Assembly: GCA_964426185.1 (NCBI GenBank)
Contig: CAYRPF010000123.1
Location: forward strand, 1 to 5,559
Origin: an uncultured archaeon
GTDB taxonomy: Archaea; Asgardarchaeota; Lokiarchaeia; Sigyniarchaeales; Promethearchaeaceae
Reading direction: 5' to 3'
DNA length: 5,559 bases
Shown: piece by piece, positions 1-5,559 of the stretch
How positions within the stretch are numbered: the stretch's first letter is position 1
Layout of the letters: each line of letters begins with the position of its first letter
The notes under the pieces: generated by a model
Seen by the model: the letters and a program-made list of their open reading frames with translations, nothing else
Databases searched by the model: none
What the model was told of the DNA's origin: nothing
Position numbers and translations under genes: made by a program

Positions 1-8
1 CTATCTTC

Positions 9-281
9 CTATTCATTGAAAATTTTCCGAAATCTATCAAATGTGGATTTAATTAGCGAATAATGAATGAAATTTCCCTTTTTCCAGCCTTGAATAAGTT
101 GTGCCTTCTCAAGTTTTTTCAAATCACGAGATACAGCGGGCTGACTTTTTTGTAGTAGGGCTTCAAACTCACACAAGCACATATCTTTTTGAGAAATCGC
201 TTCAATAATCATCAAACGATCAGAATTGGATAAAACCGAAAAAATTTGATTTAGAAATTGAAATTTGCTGTTGTTTCGTAT
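9..281 (-). pseudogene. ArsR/SmtB-family winged-helix transcriptional regulator, probably a 5'-truncated remnant
   Basis: The frame is open from 281 to TAG at 11-9: ...QIFSVLSNSDRLMIIEAISQKDMCLCEFEALLQKSQPAVSRDLKKLEKAQLIQGWKKGNFIHYSL. This fits the ArsR pattern F-x-x-L-x-x-x-x-R-L-x-I, CxC-E, SQPAVS-x-(H/D)-L-x-x-L and the wing G..x.Y-x-L. Similarity extends upstream of the track's TTG (215), but there is no ATG/GTG/TTG upstream before the in-frame TAA at 284-282. Confidence 0.75.
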
Positions 282-935
282 TTAGCTGATAAGATTCTGC
301 CGGGTTATCCTTATGCAACCGATCCAAAAACGGGTATGCAATTGTTTTATGGATATATTGGAAAATCTTCATTTGGAGACATAATACTGAGAATCTTTCT
401 TGGTCCATTGGCTGCAAGCTGGGAACCGGTTTTTCGATATTTGGCAGATAGTTTCATCGGTAGTATTATCGGAATTTACATCGGTCAAGATTCCAAAGAT
501 ATAAAGACTAATTGGTTGAAAAAATTCGTATGGGTGGGATTTATTATGTTTATCGTGGGTGTTATGGGAGTAAATCTCAATAATGCGTTAGTTTTGATTA
601 ATAATGGTATAGATGGTGCCTTAGATCTTTATCTGAAAATTTCAGAGCACAGGTTTTGGACTGCAGCAAACGGGGTCCCGGTATTGGGTTGGTTGTTCCA
701 ATTTCTATTTCTAAACGGCTTTACCATCTGTGGGATCATGCTTTTGATTCGATTGGTGGAATTTAGAGGAAAGGGCCAAAAATTTGCTGAAAAAACCAAA
801 TATTTCAGAAGAATTGGTTTTATTGCATTTACCATCTATACCATCCAATGGGTATATAATTTAATGTTCTTTATTGTCTCGTCCATCAACGGGGAGCCGT
901 ATAAGCGAGTCTTTTGGGGTGGAGGTTTGTTTTGA
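258..935 (+). pseudogene. Polytopic membrane protein fragment (DUF418/DUF1624 acyltransferase-like by resemblance), likely truncated at both ends
   Basis: 225-aa ORF with several hydrophobic segments (FVWVGFIMFIVGVMGV, VLGWLFQFLFLNGFTICGIMLLIRLVEF, IGFIAFTIYTIQW). EPVFRYLA and FFR-like R-x-G-x-x-A-F-T-x-Y segments are typical of the C-terminal half of such proteins. The start is a TTG just after an in-frame TAG (252-254), with no room for a promoter, and the ORF stops abruptly after WGGGLF. Confidence 0.55.
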
Positions 936-1250
936 TAAAGAGTGTTTTTTTCAATCATCGTAGAATAAAAGTCAGTCTCATTTAACCATGAACCTAAATA
1001 AAGCATGTGAGAAAGGAATTGATCGAAAATTCTTCTATAAAAAAATACATAAGTGGTCTGAATAAAAATTTTATGTATTTGGAATAAACATTCGAAAACC
1101 GAAACTTCCATACCTCAAGGTTAAAAAGATGAAACTAATTCTAAAAATACAGGTATAATATAGTAAATATGGACGCTTCGTTAATGGAAGATAAAATAAT
1201 CTACTAAGCTAATGCAGTGTTATAAAATAAATAATTTACCAATAATAATT

Positions 1251-1258
1251 TTTATAAA
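1251..1258 (+). promoter_or_regulatory. Candidate archaeal TATA box (TTTATAAA) for the Ubl operon
   Basis: TTTATAAA ends 45 nt upstream of the ATG at 1304, and an SD-like AAGGT lies at 1292-1296. The region is very AT-rich and alternatives exist (TTATAAAA at 1220-1227). Confidence 0.3.
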
Positions 1259-1303
1259 TGAAACCACACAAACATATTAAAATAAACAAAAAAGGTTATA
1301 AAA

Positions 1304-1558
1304 ATGAATGAAAATAAAATTAGCATTATCTTTATCATAAATGGCAAAGAATACCAAGTGGAAGCTAATATTAACTCTAAAGTAAAACAAGGGGTTAGTA
1401 AAGCTTTGAGAGACGCTGGAATATCAGGTTCCCCAATGGAATGGAAAGCGAAAAAAGAAGATGGGACTAATGTGAATTTAGATCAGAATTGGGAAGAACA
1501 AGGGATTAAAGAAAATACAAAGATTTTTTTGACTAAGGGAGCAGGTCGTGGAGGTTAA
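1304..1558 (+). CDS. bilA: Ubiquitin-like beta-grasp modifier protein (DUF2604-like, BilA-type), single domain with C-terminal GG
   Basis: 84 aa. N-terminal beta-hairpin ISIIFIINGKEYQVEAN, helix VKQGVSKALRDAG, W-x4-E-D-G-x-x-V, last strand TKIFLT, and tail GAGRGG-stop. First gene of a cluster with E2, JAB and E1. Confidence 0.93.
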   Translation: MNENKISIIFIINGKEYQVEANINSKVKQGVSKALRDAGISGSPMEWKAKKEDGTNVNLDQNWEEQGIKENTKIFLTKGAGRGG

Positions 1559-1568
1559 CCTTTTTTTT
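1552..1568 (+). terminator. Possible leaky intra-operon terminator after the Ubl gene
   Basis: Perfect palindrome AGGTTAACCT (1552-1561) spanning the stop codon, running into a T8 tract (1561-1568). Oligo-T tracts are archaeal termination signals. Confidence 0.35.
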
Positions 1569-1592
1569 GTTTAATAATTCAATAAATTCTGG

Positions 1593-2150
1593 TTGATTTC
1601 TTTGGATGACAATTATTTTTCTTCTACTACATCTTCGACAAAAGAGAATTGTTTTATTATATTTCCATCAGACTCCCATGTCCCATATATAAGAAATGTA
1701 CTTTATATCATAAAGCAGAGTTTAAATGAATTTAAAATTAAACCAATTACACTTAGTGGAAAAATCCGTTCAAGTGAAGACTATTTAGATAAAGTTATCG
1801 AGTTAATTGATAAATGCAAATTTGGGATAATTATGTTAGATGGGCTTCGGTTTAATGTTATATTAGAAATGGGAATTATGATTGGGAGAGAAAAAGAGAT
1901 CATTTGTCTTCAAGAAAAGCAAGCAGAAATCAATTTGAAGTCTATTTATCCAGATGAACCTACAAAAGAAATAACAGGTTTAACACCTGGTTCCTTTGAT
2001 AAAATAATAAATCCAAAAGTTGAGATTAGTATACACCTCTCTGATTTTGGAAAAAGACATATATGTATTTATGATAAAAATAATCTGGAAGAAACAAAAC
2101 ATAAAATAATTGACGAAATATCAAAAGTATTAGAACTCTTAGTACAATAA
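1593..2150 (+). CDS. TIR-like / nucleoside 2-deoxyribosyltransferase-like (flavodoxin-fold) protein
   Basis: 185 aa. Beta1 CFIIFP, helix DYLDKVIELIDKC, strand FGIIMLD, signature N88-V-I-L-E92-M-G94-x-x-x-G-x-x-K-x-I-I, and late LSDF..HI..YD. TTG start at 1593, or at 1602 (GGTTGA at 1591-1596 could act as SD). Co-oriented, 34 nt after the Ubl and 18 nt before the E2. Confidence 0.75.
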   Translation: MISLDDNYFSSTTSSTKENCFIIFPSDSHVPYIRNVLYIIKQSLNEFKIKPITLSGKIRSSEDYLDKVIELIDKCKFGIIMLDGLRFNVILEMGIMIGREKEIICLQEKQAEINLKSIYPDEPTKEITGLTPGSFDKIINPKVEISIHLSDFGKRHICIYDKNNLEETKHKIIDEISKVLELLVQ

Positions 2151-2168
2151 AACGTTATTTATTGAAAA

Positions 2169-2795
2169 ATGATGAAAACTATGGAAGAAAAACCAAAAAT
2201 TGAAGGAAATAAACTGACAATTACCATAGGTAACTTCCCTTTTAAACTAAATCCTGAAGGAGTTAAATTTCAACCGATTCAAATACAAATTAACTCATCT
2301 ATTATAAGAAGAAGACATATCAAAGTTAACTCTGAAGTTGATCTACTTGATAGTAGAGTCGCAAAATTGTATTTCAAAAAGGAAGTAAATATGCTTAAAA
2401 AGAAGGCTGAGGTGTATAAATCGATATGGTCAATCAAGGAGATTTATTTTCCAAATATATTTCTAAATATTTTCTCTTTAAAAGGAAAAATTTTGTTTAT
2501 TTTATCAATTAATTTGAAAAACTACAATTATTATCCTCCAGAATTTGGATTACTTACTAAAGATATGAAAATATTGAAAAAAATAGATTCAAAATACGTT
2601 ATACCAGATAAGAACGGGTATATTCATATTAAAAATCATAATCAAGGACTTTGGTTTTGTACCCCGGGAACTTACAAATATCATGATTTTTACTTTGACA
2701 TTGATCGCTGGGAACTTGAAAGATATAATACAACATGTGATTTAGTTGAAACAATCAATCGAATCATCGGAATGATAGATAGAAGTCAAGATTAA
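2169..2795 (+). CDS. bilB: E2-like Ubl-conjugating enzyme of the CEHH (Metal_CEHH / type II BilB) family
   Basis: Motifs D-x-x-V-A-x-x-x-F-x-x-E-V, W-x5-FP, N-Y-N-x-x-P-P (E2 YPxxPP equivalent), F-C164-T-P-G-T-Y-K-Y-H172 and D-R-W-E-L-x-R. Located between the Ubl and JAB/E1 genes. The start could be 2169, 2172 or 2181. Confidence 0.82.
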   Translation: MMKTMEEKPKIEGNKLTITIGNFPFKLNPEGVKFQPIQIQINSSIIRRRHIKVNSEVDLLDSRVAKLYFKKEVNMLKKKAEVYKSIWSIKEIYFPNIFLNIFSLKGKILFILSINLKNYNYYPPEFGLLTKDMKILKKIDSKYVIPDKNGYIHIKNHNQGLWFCTPGTYKYHDFYFDIDRWELERYNTTCDLVETINRIIGMIDRSQD

Positions 2796-2814
2796 GGGAA
2801 GTGTTTCTACATCA

Positions 2815-3291
2815 ATGAATAAAACCCATCAAATCTATATTCCTTATACAATTATTGAGAAAACTCTTCAGTTAATCAAAAAATATGGGAAAAAATTTAC
2901 TGAAGGTTTTGTTTTATGGGTTGCATCTGAAAACTCCGATTTTTATAAAGTAAAGGATGTATGGGAACCCAAACAACAGAATTCTTTCATTTCGTATTAC
3001 ATTCCTGAAGAAGAAGTCCATAAATTAAATGTAAAAATATATAAAAAAAAGTTGATACTTATTGCCCAAATCCATTCTCATCCGAGTTATGCATATCATT
3101 CTCAAACAGATGATGATTATGCAATAATACATTTACCTAATTTATTTAGTATTGTCATCCCATATTTTGGAAATATTGATAACTCAGAATTTTTTGAAAA
3201 ATGTGCAATATTTCAATTAAAGAAGAATCATTGGAAAAAAATATCAAAAAAGAAGGTGAAAAAGACATTCAAGATATTAAAAGAAGAATAA
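2815..3291 (+). CDS. bilC: JAB/JAMM (MPN+) zinc metallo-isopeptidase (deubiquitinase-like, BilC-type)
   Basis: Catalytic E30 (TEGFVLW) and complete metal motif H87-S-H89-P-S-Y-A-Y-H-S96-Q-T-D99, followed by FSIVIPYFG. Confidence 0.93.
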   Translation: MNKTHQIYIPYTIIEKTLQLIKKYGKKFTEGFVLWVASENSDFYKVKDVWEPKQQNSFISYYIPEEEVHKLNVKIYKKKLILIAQIHSHPSYAYHSQTDDDYAIIHLPNLFSIVIPYFGNIDNSEFFEKCAIFQLKKNHWKKISKKKVKKTFKILKEE

Positions 3292-4811
3292 AAGAAGATT
3301 CGCTAAACAGAAATCTAGATAATTTTAAAAAGCTTACAAATATAGAGGATAAGCAAGCCTACTCACAAATATTTGATAATTTCAAACTTAATGTCATTTT
3401 ACAATGTAATGAGGATGGTAATTCAATCAATAAGAATGATGCTTTATCTGCGAGCATTTTTCTTAATATAGTAAGTAGATTTCTTTCATATATTTCATTT
3501 AAGGGAAATTATAAGTTGATTCAAAAAACTTTTCCTATGAAAAGCTTTGCTAATAGCTTAGAATCCAAAAATTTCGATGAATCTCCAGATTTAACTATTG
3601 TTTTTGGAAATAGAAGAATTGAATCTAAAAAGGTATATTATGTTACATCCAGTGGATGGAGTATATATATATCAAAATTAAAACCATGTAATTGGGATAA
3701 TTTTTTAGAAAATCCCCTTTCTGCATTATATGTTGGAAGCTTTATGGCAGGAGAAATCTACAAAATCTTGTTAAAAGATTATGTTTCCACAGAAATTCTC
3801 GATGAATTTATCTATGATTTTATTACTTTCGGACAAGACCAACAACCAGTTCTAGAACCCGAAATACCTGAATTTTTTAATATAGATTTAACTCTAATAG
3901 GTTGCGGTGCTGTAGGTCAAGCGATAGGATTAGCTTTAAAAGAACTAGAATTGCGAGGTAATTTAAACCTAATAGATAATGAAGCAATAGAACCGTCCAA
4001 TTTACAGCGTTATCCACTAGCTTTTGAAGAAAATGTGGGTCACCTAAAAACTGAACTACTTGCTCAATATATCATAGGCCGAAATAATCTTCTCTTAGTT
4101 ACGCATGAAATCAATACTTTATACCGAGTTGCCAAAAGTGATTATGAAATCTTGAATAGAATGAATGATGTTATTATTTCAGTAGATAATAAAAAAACCA
4201 GAATTGATCTCCAAGCTTCCCTGCCTAAAATGATATGGAACGTTTGGACAGATACGAGTAGAAATAATTTAAGATATGGATTTGGAAAACACGATTTTCA
4301 AGATGAATTTGAATGTTTAGCTTGTGCTTATTACCCTGACGAAAAAATTCCTGATCAAATTGAATTAAATGCAAAAATTTTAGGATTAACACCGGTAGAA
4401 ATTAATCAAAGAATCAAGAACAATGAATTATTCAAGCAAGAAGATTTGAATTATGTTTTTGAAAACTTTACTGTTCCTCCGAACCATATCAATAATTTAA
4501 AAAGTTTAGTGGGTAAACCGTTTGAAGAAGCTCTTCATGGGAAATGTGGAATATTTAATGTAAAATTATCAGAAAAACATGAACCAACTCCTGCCCCGCA
4601 TATTCCTACTTTAGCCGGAGTGCTGGTTGTGATATATTATATTCTCTCTAAAATTAATCCCACATTTTGTGATCAAAATATTTTCATCGGAGAGTATGAC
4701 GCTTTTTCGTATCCAAATAAAAATTGTATGCTAAAGAAGAAAAAAAATGATTCTTGTGTATGTAATGATGAAATATATCAACAAGCATATAACGAAAAGT
4801 GGTTATTATAA
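3201..4811 (+). CDS. bilD: E1 Ubl-activating enzyme (ThiF/UBA family; BilD-type with N-terminal inactive adenylation-like domain)
   Basis: G234-C-G-A-V-G nucleotide loop, D-x-E-x-I-E-x-S-N-L-Q-R-Y, K(TEL), V-D-N-x-x-T-R, Zn ligands C372-L-A-C375 and C519-V-C521, and candidate catalytic C449 (HGKCG) in an insert after CxxC. The ~230-aa N-terminal region (SSGW, NPLSALYVGSFMAGEIYK) looks like a degenerate ThiF repeat. The start codon is uncertain (see findings). Confidence 0.93.
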   Translation: MCNISIKEESLEKNIKKEGEKDIQDIKRRIKEDSLNRNLDNFKKLTNIEDKQAYSQIFDNFKLNVILQCNEDGNSINKNDALSASIFLNIVSRFLSYISFKGNYKLIQKTFPMKSFANSLESKNFDESPDLTIVFGNRRIESKKVYYVTSSGWSIYISKLKPCNWDNFLENPLSALYVGSFMAGEIYKILLKDYVSTEILDEFIYDFITFGQDQQPVLEPEIPEFFNIDLTLIGCGAVGQAIGLALKELELRGNLNLIDNEAIEPSNLQRYPLAFEENVGHLKTELLAQYIIGRNNLLLVTHEINTLYRVAKSDYEILNRMNDVIISVDNKKTRIDLQASLPKMIWNVWTDTSRNNLRYGFGKHDFQDEFECLACAYYPDEKIPDQIELNAKILGLTPVEINQRIKNNELFKQEDLNYVFENFTVPPNHINNLKSLVGKPFEEALHGKCGIFNVKLSEKHEPTPAPHIPTLAGVLVVIYYILSKINPTFCDQNIFIGEYDAFSYPNKNCMLKKKKNDSCVCNDEIYQQAYNEKWLL

Positions 4812-4858
4812 AAAATTCTTATTTTTTTGATTTCTCTTTATAATGAGTGGGAGTTTTC

Positions 4859-5559
4859 ATGAAAATATTAAAAGAGATACAAGATCTTGTTTCAAAACAA
4901 TCAGTCACATTTTTGGTAGGAGCAGGAATATCCTTTGATTTTCCATCCAATATAGAACCTTCTAATTTAATTATTAATAATATATTCACACATTTCTTCC
5001 CAAAATCAATAAAATATGACAAAAGAGATCTTAGTAAATTGAAAAATGTACGATTCGAAACAGTAATGTCAAAATTTATTAAATTATTTAATGAAAATTC
5101 ATCATTTATTAATTATTTCGCTGAAAAATCACAATTTAATCCGATACACTCTTTTCTAGCAAATCAATTATCTAAAAAAAATATAATCTTAACAACGAAC
5201 ATTGATTTATTAATAGAATCTGCATTTTGTAAACATTTTCCACATTTAAAAAATCAAGGAAAAACAATCATAACTAACGATGATTTTATTAAATTTTCTA
5301 ACCCAAAATCTCTTTTTAATAAAGGATTTTATCCAATTTATAAACTTCATGGATCTGCTTTTGATTTTTTTAACAGAGATTTTCCAGAACGTAATAAAGA
5401 AATAAAGGAGTATATTCAATTTAAAATTGAGAATATCTTAAAGTATAAGGATATTGATAAAAATTTTTTTCAATTGAATAAACCGCAACAAGATGTTTTT
5501 CAAAATTTAAATTATATTTTATTTGTTATGGGATATAGTGGAAATGATGATTTAGATAT
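4859..5559 (+). CDS. SIR2-like domain protein (SIR2_2-type, putative NADase), partial, runs off the 3' end
   Basis: Not in the ORF track. Manual translation from ATG 4859 (GGGAG at 4849-4853) is open for 233 codons to the window end: MKILKEIQDLVSKQSVTFLVGAGISFDFPS...NPIHSFLA...IILTTNIDLLIESA...PIYKLHGS...LFVMGYSGNDDLD. All sirtuin hallmarks are present (GAGxS, TTNxD, KLHGS, GYSxxD), with no Zn-finger cysteine pairs. Confidence 0.92.
   Translation, partial: MKILKEIQDLVSKQSVTFLVGAGISFDFPSNIEPSNLIINNIFTHFFPKSIKYDKRDLSKLKNVRFETVMSKFIKLFNENSSFINYFAEKSQFNPIHSFLANQLSKKNIILTTNIDLLIESAFCKHFPHLKNQGKTIITNDDFIKFSNPKSLFNKGFYPIYKLHGSAFDFFNRDFPERNKEIKEYIQFKIENILKYKDIDKNFFQLNKPQQDVFQNLNYILFVMGYSGNDDLD

Noticed and set aside
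220-417. 65-aa minus-strand ORF
   Set aside because: Antisense shadow of the membrane-protein ORF, with no motifs. It is not in frame with the ArsR remnant and does not resemble an ArsR N-terminus.
629-835. 68-aa minus-strand ORF
   Set aside because: Entirely antisense to the membrane-protein ORF, with no recognisable features.
836-1111. 91-aa minus-strand ORF
   Set aside because: Overlaps the + ORF by 100 nt and has no recognisable motif. It might be another gene remnant, but this cannot be supported without a search.
1219-1303. Direct repeat GTTATAAAA at 1219-1227 and 1295-1303
   Set aside because: A 9-mer of low complexity in a very AT-rich spacer is not significant as an operator.
1169-1311. 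Short upstream ORFs (1169-1207 MDASLMEDKIIY; 1258-1311 MKPHKHIKINKKGYKNE overlapping the Ubl start)
   Set aside because: Lengths are expected by chance, and there is no SD or conservation evidence.
1304-4811. Interpretation as a ThiS/MoaD/SAMP sulfur-transfer or cofactor-biosynthesis operon
   Set aside because: An E2-like gene and an E1 with a candidate catalytic Cys insert are present, and there is no rhodanese, ThiG, MoaE or cysteine synthase gene.
1593-4811. Interpretation as type II CBASS/Pycsar (Cap2/Cap3 plus TIR effector)
   Set aside because: No CD-NTase or cyclase is in the window, E1 and E2 are separate genes, and a dedicated Ubl is present.
4819-5022. 67-aa minus-strand ORF
   Set aside because: Antisense to the clearly motif-bearing SIR2 gene.
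1-5559. CRISPR arrays, tRNA/rRNA, transposase or integrase
   Set aside because: No regularly spaced repeats, structured GC-rich RNA segments or recombinase motifs were seen.

Overview
This AT-rich window has two parts. (1) 1-~935 is somewhat more GC-rich and holds two divergent, apparently 5'-truncated gene remnants abutting at ~255-281: an ArsR-family regulator on the - strand and a polytopic membrane protein on the + strand. (2) 1304->5559 is a tightly packed + strand cluster encoding a complete prokaryotic ubiquitin-like conjugation module: single-domain Ubl ending GAGRGG, CEHH-type E2, JAB/JAMM peptidase, and a large E1 with Zn-binding cysteines and a candidate catalytic Cys. Gene content and order match type II BilABCD antiviral systems. 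Two additions stand out. A TIR/nucleoside-deoxyribosyltransferase-like gene with an intact N-V-x-x-E-x-G motif sits between the Ubl and E2 genes. A SIR2-like (putative NADase) gene, missing from the ORF track, starts 47 nt after E1 and runs off the window. The flanking proteins resemble, from memory only, Lokiarchaeia (Asgard) families. The candidate new system is therefore a Bil-like ubiquitination cassette coupled to TIR-like and SIR2 nucleotide/NAD-processing enzymes, possibly in an Asgard archaeon. All family assignments come from motif reading; no database search was run.
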